Shown here one piece after another: positions 21,666 through 33,187 of a DNA stretch of 64,000 nt. The notes below the pieces were generated by a model. It saw only the letters and a list, made by a program, of their open reading frames with translations. It was not told the DNA's origin and ran no database searches. The stretch's first letter is position 1; each line of letters begins with the position of its first letter. The position numbers and the translations under genes were made by a program. The stretch is taken from NCBI GenBank assembly GCA_010909165.1, contig VJWM01000119.1:620001-684000 (forward strand). Reading direction: 5' to 3'. This DNA comes from Anthoceros angustus (lineage: Eukaryota > Plantae > Anthocerotophyta).

Positions 21666-22809
21666 CCCGCTCCCCACACCACTCCTCGCACTCCGTCCAC
21701 TCCTCGCTCCCCGCACTGCTCCTTGTAGAAACGGAGTCTGGGTCTTAAAGGAGGGGCAAATGAGAGGGGATCTCTTGCACCGCAACAGCCTTCTGGCCGC
21801 CGCTTGCCACACACCAATGTCTCTATCTCTAGGTGCCACTCTTAGACGAGCTCGTCCGCCTCCTCCAGTCATGAGCAGAAATCCAGGTAGCACTTGGTGG
21901 TGATGTTCTTCTCCACTAGCGTCGCTACCGCAATCTTCAGGCCATTACGACTCCACCATCACCTTGAACTTGGCACGGAGACAAAGGCGAGCGACTATGT
22001 TGTACAACAAGACAGAATGATTGTGTACGAGTGGAGGCAACGGATTTTGGTGCAATTGGTGGAAAGGGTACAAGCCTCCTTTTATCGGTGCTTACATTGC
22101 CTATAAGCGTTCAATCTCTTACCTATCCTCCTTCTCTTTACCTATCTATTTCCTTTACCGTCTCCTCCATTGCTAGTCCCAGCCTTCCCCTACATCTCTT
22201 TCGGTTCAATACTGATTCCCAAGCTTCTTTTTGGGATTTTTTTAAACTTAAAAAGCTTGAATTTAAACCTTTTATTAGACTCTCATCTTGGCCTATTCCC
22301 CATTACCCTTCCCCTTGTTCACCTCCCTCCCTATGACCTCATGCGGTGGGACCTCAAGTTAAGATACCTTCTCTCAAGTTAAGATACCTTCGTTTCAACG
22401 TCACTTCTCTATGCGGATGGGCCGCTACAGGCCTTCAGGGCTCTCTTTCCATGGCCGGACCACAGGGAACTTCTCCGGCTCCTCCTTCTCACCCACCCCT
22501 GCCGGTTGATTTCAATTTCACATGAACTTGGCTGCCGTCCAGCTAATGCTGCCTGCTCCTGCTTAAAATTGGAACCCAGTTAATACCGGGGAGCCAGTGT
22601 AGAGGCGCACGACAGGTACAAAGTACCTGGCCACCAGAAGTTGTACCGTCACAGGATCGCGGGAGCTCTTGACTCGCTGCACGGCGCCGTTCAGCCCTGA
22701 AATTCTGACGCAGACAGGCACTGATATTTCTCGGACTCTGTTTGTGCTAAAACTGTGTACAATTGAGAAATTTCGTTCTGGGGAACGAGTCCGGTACCAG
22801 GACAGAACG

Positions 22810-23215
22810 GCTTCCATAAGGGCAGGCAGCTGCAATCACAGATTGTGAAAAGAGGACTGCTGGCTGACATACTGGTGGGCACCTGCCTGGTGAGCATGTA
22901 TGCACACCAGTTCTAACAAGGCAGTAGAGCTTTCTGAACGAGAATCGAGGGTGCAAAACCACAAGTATACGGGCTTCAACCACAGGAGGACAGCAACGAC
23001 AGATAGCAGGCAGGCCTCGAAGACCTGGATGGACAGCACTGGTTTCTGAAGATGTGCAGCAAGGCATTCATGGTTTATGGAAAAATGGATCAGTAGGGCC
23101 CTGATCGTGGCCAACTTTTGCTTCCCGTCTGAAGGCCTTCGAAGCACTGGTGCCTTACAGAAAGGAGCAGGCAGCTGGACCCGCAGATTGTGAGAAGAGG
23201 GCTGCTGGATAACGA
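22810..23215 (+). pseudogene. Decayed PLS-PPR fragment (same family as the DYW:KP genes)
   Basis: Reads as HKGRQLQSQIVKRGLLADILVGTCLVSMYA...TWMDSTG...LLKA..STGALQKG, with frameshifts and stops. Confidence 0.8.
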
Positions 23216-23898
23216 AATTTAGCTACTTGAATTTGTTCTAGCTACCACGCTTAGCTTTTGGGTTTCTCCTGATGCTGCTAAACCGGGTTATTTTGGAGCG
23301 GCTCCAGAAAAGACAAGTAGGGCTACAAGAAATGCAAGCCACAAAAATACAGTCAATGTGTAGCAAGACCTCTCCCATGGGACATGTACTATAGCTGGAA
23401 TGTGGTTATGGTTGGATTGTAGAGAAGGAGTAGCGAAAGCGTTTTGCCCTTCTTTTAAATCTGCTCCCCTTGCAATGCAAGACTTGCGCAAGCCTGAAGG
23501 GCTGCCAAAGGTTAAATAACATGGCCATCTGGCTTCAGACTCGTCCTGCGAATCCGATGATACTGATGTACGGAATTGTATGAGGATGTATGAGCAGGAA
23601 TTGTGGAAGGCCGGAGTCTGATCACTTGAACTACTAGGCCTTTGGCCCTCCACCTACTTGGCGCCTTTCTATCTTCTGACTATCAGCTGCGTGCTTGCTG
23701 GAATATATGATAATTTATAACTTTTAATGCTTTATAACGTCTTGTTCCACCAAAAACAAAATATCCAAAACGTCGAAGGTCAAGGCTACATATGCAGTCA
23801 CCCCCACGCCCATAGTGTCATACCATAGCTCGGCACATATATATCGGCATCCGGTTGAAATACGAATCAGTCCACTATCTTTCCTCCGATATATAAAC

Positions 23899-25125
23899 AT
23901 GGCGAAGCCAAGGACATCCCAGATGAATGCAAGTCTATGGAGCACGCTGCCTCGCGACATTGTGGCTTCGATCCAAGCTCGGCTGCCGCCGATGAGCCTG
24001 CTGCGGTCGCTCGCGGTGTGTAGAGATTGGAAAGCCACTGTATCATCGAAATGGTTTTGGCGGGAGCGGCTGGAATCGCTAGGAGGACAGCGTGAACGTA
24101 TGCTTTGCGTGGTGGCCTGGGGGAAATTCGACGTGGCGTGCTGCGTCTACGACCGTGCCTCGGACCGCTGGTACAAGCTCCCACTCCCGCAATGGCTGCA
24201 AGAGATCGGAGGTGGCAGTATCCCCGGTGTACTTTTGTATCTCCCCGCGGTGTCGGCGAGCAGCAACGTGCTGCTGTTTGTCTTGCAGGACCAGGAGCCG
24301 TGGGGCCTGCAAAGTCTCGTGCCGCACATAGGCAACCCGGTGGCGGGCTCTTGGATGAGCCTGCCGGAGCTCCCTGAGCCCCTGGAGGTCACCGATGTGT
24401 TGGGCGTGTACGAGGACGCCGGGACGCACTCCTTCAAGCTGGTGGCGATGACCAAGCTTCAGAAGGGCGAGGAAACGGATCATCAAGTACGAGTCTTCGA
24501 CTCCGCGCTCGGGATCTGGAGTATCATAGCCTCGCCCTTGCCCGGGACGGAGTTGTTGAACTTCTGGGCGGACGATGGCGCGTTTGTGGGCTCCGTGCTC
24601 TACTATGTTGCCCAACGAGGTAAGGGCAATCTGCTGGCCTTCGACCTGGAGCAGGAGAGCTGGAGCCGGTTGCAAGTGGCCAAGCCTCGCTACCTCCGCA
24701 TCTTCTACTGCAACCTTGTCAACCTGCGGGAGCGGCTGCTCTGCGTGGCTTTGTGTTTAAATGTGCGGGTGCGAGGTACATCTGTGCAGATCTGGGAGCT
24801 GGATTTCGTAAGCATGGCGTGGACCCCGGTGGACGCAATGCCCGCTGCCATGTATTTCTCTAACTTCCGCAAGGTATGCTTCCCTGGGGGCAGATTCGAA
24901 TTCCGGATCGACAACCGCATCAAGGTCGTGGCGGGGCAGGGTTCGGAAGTATATATCATGCACCAAAAACTGGACAGGCTCGTGGCTGTCAATTTGCTAC
25001 CGAAGCCTGCTGTTTGGAGGTGGCTTCCAGCCTGCCCCTACAAGCAGTTTGCGGGCAAGAGTCGTTGCCGCAAGAGCCTTTACCGCCTGGATCCTTGGCT
25101 GGGATATTCGCCAGACCAAGGTTAA
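23899..25125 (+). CDS. F-box protein with C-terminal kelch-like/beta-propeller region, intronless
   Basis: F-box LWSTLPRDIVASIQARLP..SLLRSLAVCRDWK, plus NPVAGSW..LP, VFDSALGIW and LAFDLEQESW repeats. ATG at 23899. Confidence 0.88.
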   Translation: MAKPRTSQMNASLWSTLPRDIVASIQARLPPMSLLRSLAVCRDWKATVSSKWFWRERLESLGGQRERMLCVVAWGKFDVACCVYDRASDRWYKLPLPQWLQEIGGGSIPGVLLYLPAVSASSNVLLFVLQDQEPWGLQSLVPHIGNPVAGSWMSLPELPEPLEVTDVLGVYEDAGTHSFKLVAMTKLQKGEETDHQVRVFDSALGIWSIIASPLPGTELLNFWADDGAFVGSVLYYVAQRGKGNLLAFDLEQESWSRLQVAKPRYLRIFYCNLVNLRERLLCVALCLNVRVRGTSVQIWELDFVSMAWTPVDAMPAAMYFSNFRKVCFPGGRFEFRIDNRIKVVAGQGSEVYIMHQKLDRLVAVNLLPKPAVWRWLPACPYKQFAGKSRCRKSLYRLDPWLGYSPDQG

Positions 25126-25424
25126 ATCATAGAAACCGACTACCCGACTCGCGACAAAACACGCGACAGGCACCTGGAGGGTACTGCGTATAGGCTAGCC
25201 AGGCACCCAGGGATTTGAGCAGCACAGATCAGTATCCACACCAATTCTCACATCAGTATCGTAGTGTCCAAGCTTCTGTTCTGCAAGCTTCTGGCCGGAT
25301 GATTGGCACGAAGCTGACTTATTACATCCCACCATGTAACTAGGTTATATATAATCTTCCGGGCATAGAACCTCATCAGATGAAAGATCCACACAAATGA
25401 TCAGGTACATATAACTGTCTGCGA

Positions 25425-26290
25425 ATGTCTGCCGGTGATATGGGACGCAAATCTCAATCTCAATCTCAATTTTCCCGTATCTTGGCAAGCATCTATCTAC
25501 TTACTCTACGTCAGCAGTGCTCGACTTTCGTGATGTGTCTGATTTCCAATTGCAAAACCATGCACCAGTCCGTCCATGTCTATCCACCAGCTCAGACCTG
25601 GTCACTTCCAGGTACTGATTCGAATTCTCTCTGCCTGCGTCGCTTGTGCTTGCTCCCAGATTGTACAGTATATGCACATGCTTGACTTGAGCACGTGTAT
25701 ACGCTGCCGCATCTTTTTTGTCTGGCCAGCTTCACTGCTACATAAAAGACCAACGTCCAGCATCAGGAAATACAGGTATTGACTTTACCGAAGCTAGTAC
25801 CTCATCCAGACGGTCTGCACAGCCCTAGAGATCTACCATGCATGTGTAGTGTTCCACCGTGGGGATGAAGCTGTAGACTATGATCATACCTTCAAAGCAC
25901 TGTCTCCCCTTGTTTACTTGTATCCGGCAGTGAGGACATTCCAGGAGAACACCTGTCTCTCCGGAAAGGCCTCAAAAACCTGCTGTGCTTCATATGCTGG
26001 ACCCACAGTTGGCGTACATGTTTATCGAACAGCGGGCTATGACCGCATCACCTTCAAGCCACTGTGCCTCAGTCTGTGCATCTGTTGGGACAAGTCTGTC
26101 AGACAGTCTCTGAGCGTGCTCCAAGCTGCCTGAGGCATGAAGCTCTTAACCTTTCCTTCCCCAAAGCAGGGCTGCCCACACTTGCACATGCTTGCAGGAG
26201 GCAAGCAATTGTCACAGCAATGGGAACAACAATCACCTCGTCTTCCATCATGCTGTAGATACGAAGGGCCTTCTTACCCGTGTCCTATTA
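25425..26290 (-). pseudogene. Decayed tandem copy of the 3' part of the WW-type PLS-E+ PPR gene (27277-30447)
   Basis: Near-colinear with 27215-28200, including the RPG.SWW.DMDGLVH box and the 3' flank. Many deletions and stops. Confidence 0.85.
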
Positions 26291-26523
26291 TGCCAAGTAC
26301 TGTTGCATCCAAATCACCGAATAGCTGAGGGAAGAATCCTTGACCCCCACCGGTAGCTGCGCCTCGCCCTCCAGAGATTGGCTGCCTCGCACAGAACAGC
26401 CAAAGCCGTCGTGCCTGTTAGTACTACAAGTAGACGCCAACATCAAAGGTTGTAGTCACTCGTTCCTCGCTCTTCCTGGAGCTCGGACTCCACTGGAGCA
26501 ATTCATACTACTAGTTGTCATCA

Positions 26524-27016
26524 ATGGCCAGCCGAGGAGGAAAGAATGTGAGTGTGTGGCGCCATGCCGAGGCGCTGATGTACATGGCGGTGTTCTTGCA
26601 GCTGTTGGGTGCCGGATGCGCGCTTGTGGCTGGCAACACCACAAGCCCCGATCCTCATTGGAACGTGACCCCCGCGGCATCGGCGGCTCGGGAAGGAAGC
26701 TCCTAGACACGGGTGTGCATTGTCAGGGCAGCGCCCAGGACTCCAGCGATGCCGTTTACGCCACCACAGGACTGGCTAACTACTTCGGCGGTGGCAGCGG
26801 CTTCTCTGGCTCCATTTCTTCGTACTGGGGATCTGCTGTGGCCTACGGCTGTGACTATGGCAACGGCCAGTGGACTACTTCCAGTCGGATTTGGGGAGAA
26901 GGAAGTGCCATCTCCAACACCTGCGGTGCCTGGGCGTACGCTGGCTGAGACGCGCACGAGAGCTGGAAGAGCAGCTACGACCGATGCTCCAGCTTCGAAG
27001 CTGGATTTTCTGTTAA
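26524..27016 (+). pseudogene. Disrupted small secreted cysteine-containing protein (signal peptide - RKLL pro-site - ~100-aa mature domain)
   Basis: Hydrophobic leader (MAVFLQLLGAGCALVA), frameshift at a C run, then GRKLLDTGVHC...AVAYGCDYGNGQ...TCGAWAYAG*DAHESWKSSY...GFC. The TGA sits where W would fit. Confidence 0.55.
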
Positions 27017-27276
27017 TTCTAGACCACTCAACAATCTTGTCTTGGAGTGGAGGCTCATCACACTCCGCCTGGATCTTCACCAACCAAGCTCCGATCCTCT
27101 ACTGGGAATGTCTTCACAATTACATGTTGTACTGCCCAATTGCAGCACAAGAGGTACACAAACCAGCAGGAGTAAGTCCACAAAAAAGAACAGGCACATG
27201 TATATGTCTGGGTATTCCCGCCGGTGATCGGGGACGAAAATATCAGTTTGATCAATTTCAGTGTCTTCTATCTTCT

Positions 27277-30200
27277 CTACTTCAGCAAAGCTCGACTCTC
27301 GGGATGCTTCTGATTCCCAACTACAAAACTATGCACCAGTCCGTCCATATCTGTCCACCAGCTCTGACCTGGTCGCTTCCAGGCACTGATTCCAATTCTC
27401 TTAGCCTGCGTCGCTTGTGCTTGCTCCCACATCTGGGCACCGGTGTATATGCTTGACATGAGCACATAGGCGGCCGCATCTTTCTTGTCCAGCTTCACTG
27501 CTTCGTCAAAAGCCCAGCGTCCCACCTCCACGCTGCCCCACTTTCGACACGCACCCAACAGAGTCTGCCAAATAGCAGCATCTGGAAGTACAGGCATTGA
27601 CTTTACCAAAGATAGTGCCTCATCCAGTCGGCCTGCCCGGCCCAGGAGATCAACCATGCATGTGTAGTGCTCCACCGTGGGGGTGATGCCGTAAAGTGTC
27701 AACATATCTTCAAAGTACTGTCTCCCCTTGCTTACCAACCCCCGATGACTGCATGTTGTCAGTACGCCTAGAAGCGTGATGCCATTTGGCTGTACCCCAT
27801 CCTCTCTCATTTTGAGAAGCAAGTTAAAAACCTCTTCACTATCTCCTTGGCTGCTGTATCCTGCGATCAGGGCATTCCAGGAGACCACGTTTCTCTCCGG
27901 CAAAGCCTCAAACACCTGCTGTGCTTCATCCATGCTCCCACACTTGGCGTACATGTTTATCAAACTCCGGGCTATGAACACATCACCTTCGAGCCCCTGT
28001 CCTTCAATCTGTGCATGTAACTGCCTTCCCAGATGCAAGGCTGCCACATTAGCACATGCCTGCAGGAGGCACGCAAATGTCACAGAATCCGGGACTGCGA
28101 CGTCATCTGCTTGCATAGCACCGTACAGACGAAGGGCTTCTTGGCCATTGCCCTGCCGGGAATATCCTGAGATCATGGCATTCCATGTCACCACACTCCT
28201 TGCACTAAGTCCATCAAACACGGTTTGAGCGTCTTTTAGGCTGCCACACTTCGCATACATGTTCACCAAGCTGTTGGCAACAACTACATGAGCTTGAAGC
28301 TCTCGCCCTCTGATTTGCTCATGAAGCTGTTTCCCCTTCTCCAGAGCTGGGCTGCCCTCACTTGCACACGCCTGTAGGAGGGACACGAAAGTCTCAGCAT
28401 TTGGTGCTGCCATGCCATGTTCTTGCATCACACTGTAGACACGAAGGGCCTCCTGTCCCATGCCCTGCTGGGCGTACGCAGCTATCATGGAATTCCATGT
28501 CACCACATTCTTTTCAGCAAGTTCATCAAACACTCTCTGAGCATCCTCTAAGCTGCCACACTTTGCATACATGCTCACCAAACTACTGCCTACGAAGACA
28601 TCAGCTTGATATCCCAGTTCTCTAATCTGCGAATGAAGCTGCTTCCCCTTCTCCAAAGCTGGGGGCCCCACATGTCCACAGGCTTGCAGTAGGCAGGCAA
28701 ATGTCACAGAATCTGGTGCTGCATTGCTATCCTCTTGCATAGAACTGAACAGATGAAGCGCTTCTTGGCCCTTGCCGTGCTGGGAATACAGAGATATCAT
28801 GGTATTCCATGTTACCACATCTTTGTTACCGAGTCCATTGAAGACTCTTTCAGTGTCATCCAAGCTACCACACTTTGCGTACATGTTTACCAAACAGTTG
28901 GCTATGAGCACATCAGCTTCATGTCCTGCTTCTCTAATTTGTGTATGAAGTAGCTTCCCCTTATCCAATGCCCGGCTACCCAGTATTGCACATGCTTGGA
29001 GGAGGAACACAAAAGTCACAGAGTTGGGCACAGCAATTCCTTCTTCTTGCATAGCGCTGTAGAGGACAAGGGCTTCCTTGCCCATTCCATGCTGGGAATA
29101 TCCTGCAATTAGAGCAGTCCATGTCACCACATCTTTTTGAACAAGTCCGTCAAACAGTCTCTGAGCATCCTCCAAGCTGCCACACTTTGCGTACATGTGT
29201 ACCAAACTGTTTGCTACAAATACATCAGCTTGATGTCCTCGTTCTCTAATTTGCGCATGAAGCTCCTTCCCCTTCTCCAAAGCTGGGCTGCCCACACTCG
29301 CACATGCTTGCAGGAGGCAAACAAATGTCACCGCATTGGGAACAGCAATGCCTTCTTCTTCCATCATGCTGTAGAGACGAAGGGCTTCCTGGTCCATGCC
29401 CCGTTGAGTATACCCTGCAATTAGGGCAGTCCATGTCACCACATCCTTTTGACCAAGTCCGTCAAACACTCTCTGAGCGTCCTCTAAGCTTCCACACTTT
29501 GCATACATGTCCACCAAGCTATTGCAGACAAACAAATGAGGCTGGACCCGACCAGCCAACACATCAGCGTGCACCTGCTTGCCAGTTTCCAAGTCTGATC
29601 CCCTTGCACAAGCCTGAAGGGCTGCCACAAATACATGCCCATCTGGCTTCACACTTGACCTGCGCATCTCATGGTACAGTTGAATGGCCTGCTTGTCTTT
29701 TCCATCCTTCACATGCGCAAATATTATGGAAGACCACATGAAGGCATCTGGTTCGTGAACCATGGTGAACACATCCATCGCGTCCTGCAATCTGCCATTC
29801 CAAGCATACATTCGGAGTATGTGATTGCAAAGAAACGTATCTGACTGATAACCCCTTTTCACTGACAAAGCATGGATGCGGCGACCCAGAACAAGCTCCT
29901 TCTTCACCACACAGCCCTTCAGGACAGTATAGAAAAGACTAATGTCAATAAAACAGTCCATCTGCACCAGAACTCCCAAAGCCTCAACAGCCTCAGCGAG
30001 AAAACCCTCACGACATAGCTTGCTCACGGATTCAGGAGTCACATCCCTGTTGTATCCTGCAGGCCTGCGAGGATCAGGATCGTCCACTAAGCCCCATTTG
30101 GATTTCGATGCAGAATGGCCCCCCTCCACATCAAGGGCAAGGGAAGCAAGCTCCCCACCCACCCAACCTGGCTTGCAGAAAATGTTAAGCAAGAGCACTT

Positions 30201-30447
30201 CCTGGGACTCTGGACATAAGAGCTCCTGGCAACCACCCTCGCTGGAAGATCCGTCTCCAGCCATACATCCTCTTGGACGGGGTGTCTTAGTGCAGGAGCA
30301 TGCACCTTGGTTGTTTCCCGGGCCTTGGTTCCTTACAGCCAGATGACCAAGAGCCCTGCCACTTGTAGCTGTAAACCGATGACGTTGTCGGGTCCACAAA
30401 ACCTGATCCAACAACGAGTCCTGTCTTGCAACACTCCAGACGGCCAT
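27277..30447 (-). CDS. PLS-class PPR protein with long-L motifs, E1-E2 and a WW-type PG box, truncated before the deaminase core (E+ type)
   Basis: 1056-aa intronless ORF with 104-aa triplets (36-aa P, 37-aa L, 31-aa S). Ends KRPGQSWWTDMDGLVHSFVVGNQKHPESRALLK*. No HxE/CxxC. Confidence 0.92.
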   Translation of the reverse strand: MAVWSVARQDSLLDQVLWTRQRHRFTATSGRALGHLAVRNQGPGNNQGACSCTKTPRPRGCMAGDGSSSEGGCQELLCPESQEVLLLNIFCKPGWVGGELASLALDVEGGHSASKSKWGLVDDPDPRRPAGYNRDVTPESVSKLCREGFLAEAVEALGVLVQMDCFIDISLFYTVLKGCVVKKELVLGRRIHALSVKRGYQSDTFLCNHILRMYAWNGRLQDAMDVFTMVHEPDAFMWSSIIFAHVKDGKDKQAIQLYHEMRRSSVKPDGHVFVAALQACARGSDLETGKQVHADVLAGRVQPHLFVCNSLVDMYAKCGSLEDAQRVFDGLGQKDVVTWTALIAGYTQRGMDQEALRLYSMMEEEGIAVPNAVTFVCLLQACASVGSPALEKGKELHAQIRERGHQADVFVANSLVHMYAKCGSLEDAQRLFDGLVQKDVVTWTALIAGYSQHGMGKEALVLYSAMQEEGIAVPNSVTFVFLLQACAILGSRALDKGKLLHTQIREAGHEADVLIANCLVNMYAKCGSLDDTERVFNGLGNKDVVTWNTMISLYSQHGKGQEALHLFSSMQEDSNAAPDSVTFACLLQACGHVGPPALEKGKQLHSQIRELGYQADVFVGSSLVSMYAKCGSLEDAQRVFDELAEKNVVTWNSMIAAYAQQGMGQEALRVYSVMQEHGMAAPNAETFVSLLQACASEGSPALEKGKQLHEQIRGRELQAHVVVANSLVNMYAKCGSLKDAQTVFDGLSARSVVTWNAMISGYSRQGNGQEALRLYGAMQADDVAVPDSVTFACLLQACANVAALHLGRQLHAQIEGQGLEGDVFIARSLINMYAKCGSMDEAQQVFEALPERNVVSWNALIAGYSSQGDSEEVFNLLLKMREDGVQPNGITLLGVLTTCSHRGLVSKGRQYFEDMLTLYGITPTVEHYTCMVDLLGRAGRLDEALSLVKSMPVLPDAAIWQTLLGACRKWGSVEVGRWAFDEAVKLDKKDAAAYVLMSSIYTGAQMWEQAQATQAKRIGISAWKRPGQSWWTDMDGLVHSFVVGNQKHPESRALLK

Positions 30448-30589
30448 GAGTTTCTGGATTTACACACTCCAGAGCTGCAGCTGATATTGCTGGAGCCGCT
30501 GGAGCACCTAAGTGTGCATAGCTCCTGGTCTTTTCAGTTATCCTGTCCTCTGTCTTCTGAGTTTTGAACTCGTTTGCCTTGAAGATGGC

Positions 30590-32115
30590 TCGATGTTTGG
30601 GAAATGCTGTGCCCATGCTTGCACATACCTGCACATGCCTGCCGTAGGCACGCAAATGTTACAGACGGAGTCAGGTCCGGCCACGTCATGTTCTTGCATC
30701 GAGCTGTGGAGAGACAGTGTGCTGGCTCATCCCCTATCATGGCATTCCATGTGACGACATCCTTTTATTACTGAGTCCGCAAACTCCCTGTGAGCGTCTT
30801 CTAGGCTGCCAAACTTCTCTGATTTCTGAATGAAGCTGCTTTCCATTCTCCAGCTTGGGTCCCACCACGAGCACATGCTTCATAAGGCACACAAATTTCA
30901 CAGATTCCAGTACAGCCAACGTGTCTTCTTGCATAACACTGAAGAGATGAAGGGCTTCCTGGCCCATGCCCTTCTGTGAATACCCTGCTATCATGATATT
31001 CCACCTCACGACCTTTTGAGCACAAGTCCCTCAAAACAGTCCCTAAGCATCTTCCAAGCTGCCAGACGTGGCATCCAAGTAAACCAACCTACCTATCTTG
31101 ATGTCCTCAGTCTCTAATTTGAGCATGAATCTGCTTCCCAATTTCCAAAGCTGGGGTGTCCACACTAGCGCATGCCCGAAGGGCCCACACAAATGTCACA
31201 GAATTGGGTGAAGTGATCCCTTCTCCTTGCATACCACCGCAAATACGAATGGCGACCTGGCCCATCCCCTGCTGAGAATACCCCCGATATCACAGCATTC
31301 CACGTGACCACAGTCCAACAACTTGTTTGCGCGTCTTCCAAGCTGCTACACTTTGCATACAAGTTAACCAAAGTGATCCAGAAACACATCAGCCTGATTA
31401 CCTCGTTCCCTAATTTGTGCATGAAGCTGTTCCTCCAGCTCCAAATCTGGGGTGCCCATGCTTGGACATACCTGCAAGAGGCACACAGAAGTCATGGAGT
31501 TGGTTGCATTTGATCCTTTCTTCTCGCACAGCCGTGAATACGTGTCCCTGCTGGAAATGTCCTGCATCGAGCAGGAAAGTCCACATTACCACATTTTTAA
31601 ACCAAGTCATCAAACAGTCTCTGCGCGTCCTCAAGGCTGCCAAATTTTGCATGCATGTACCAAGCTGTTGGCCACAAACACATCGGCTTCTTGTCCACCC
31701 TTTGTAATTTGCGGCACGAAGCTGGGGTGCCCACATTGGTATGAGGCTGGGGGGTTTCGGTTCCGGTTGCTGCGCTCCAGCTCAAATCTGGGTGCCATGC
31801 TTGGACATACCTGCAAGAGGCACACAGAAGTCATGGAGTTGGTTGCATTTGATCCTTTCTTCTCGCACAGCCGTGAATACGTGTCCCTGCTGGAAATGTC
31901 CTGCATCGAGCAGGAAAGTCCACATTACCACATTTTTAAACCAAGTCATCAAACAGTCTCTGCGCATGTCCTCAAGGCTGCCAAATTTTGCATGCATGTG
32001 CTGTTGTACAAACACATCGGCTTCTTGTCCACCCTTTGTAATTTGCGGCACGAAGCTGGGGTGCCCACATTGGTATGAGGCTGGGGGGTTTCGGTTCCGG
32101 TTGCTGCGCTCCAGC
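30590..32115 (-). pseudogene. Decayed PLS-PPR repeat fragments (WW/long-L family), including a 342-bp tandem duplication (31433-31774 / 31775-32115)
   Basis: Fragments WNIMIAGYSQKGMGQEAL, LVNLYAKCSSLEDAQ and HAKFGSLEDAQRLFDDL occur in shifting frames. Confidence 0.85.
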
Positions 32116-33187
32116 AAGCTCAAGTTCTTAGTTGTGCCTGTTTCCCTCTTGCTTAGGGATTTTCGATGTAAACTATCTACCTATTCGATAAATAAGAATC
32201 CTAGTAGGGTTAAAGCACATGGATAGTGGGAGATACGCGTGGGAATAGGTGGAATGAGGGAGACGTAGATTGGCTTGCAAACGAGGGAGGTTGAGCGGCC
32301 GGGTGTGAGCACTTCAAAGATTCTAACGGTAAGTGCACATGATTTTTCTGCCGAACACAACGTGATTATTAAGCATCCTGCGCTTGGATCGGTACTTAGA
32401 TGGGACATGTTAGCAATTTCATGTAATCGACATGGAAATACCGCGAGGATGGACCAGCTGCACTGACCGCGCTCCAACCGTACTTCAAGTGCGGATGGCT
32501 GCTCACCATACAGGTCCTCAAAACCTGCGTCTGAAACCTTGACCTCCTCCCCGACCAAATGGATTTGTACCTGCCATCCCATGCTTTTCCACCCTGGCTT
32601 TGATGCCCGTCATCTGCGACGCTGCTGAGAGAGGAATTGTTAAGGTATAGTATGTACCCACATACGACAATACAGCAGATATACTGACAAAATCCTTGCC
32701 GGAGTTCAAACACTGCTTCCACAGAGAAGGGCTTGGATTGGTTGATCAGAGCGCCGGACCACACACATTTGGTGAGGCGATCTTATCTCGAATATTGCCA
32801 TTGAAGTTGACAGCTATTGTAGACCGCTTGCTTCAATCTTACTTACGATGTATCGGTGAGTTGAGCTTAGTTGAAGACCGTAGTACTTATACAATACTCC
32901 AGCGACAAGTGATTATTAGTTCTTTGATTTAGATAATCCAACTAGTCTGAGAGGGAGAGTTAGAAGTACAGACTGCATTGGTTATGGTTAGCTTAGCTAA
33001 ACCCAGCGTAGTCATACCCTTTGGTATCTTGTACCGAAGAGGTACAACTCTTCAAACACAGGCTATAAAAGCCCATCTCTTGTAATCAATTGTATCAATT
33101 AGTAAAGCACTAAACTTTGATCAAACGCTTCCGCAAAGCACCTCAAACTAGAGCAATTCAAGAGCGGTGACGGCTTAGAGTACAACA
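32116..33187 (+). mobile_element. Ty1/copia LTR retrotransposon 3' remnant: RNase H end, PPT and 3' LTR (~32958-33187)
   Basis: GIVKV*YVPTYDNTADILTKSLP..FK...REGLGL (copia RNase H C-terminus) and polypurine tract ctgagagggag. The LTR begins (a)gttag, ends tacaaca and contains a TATAAAA. Confidence 0.8.
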
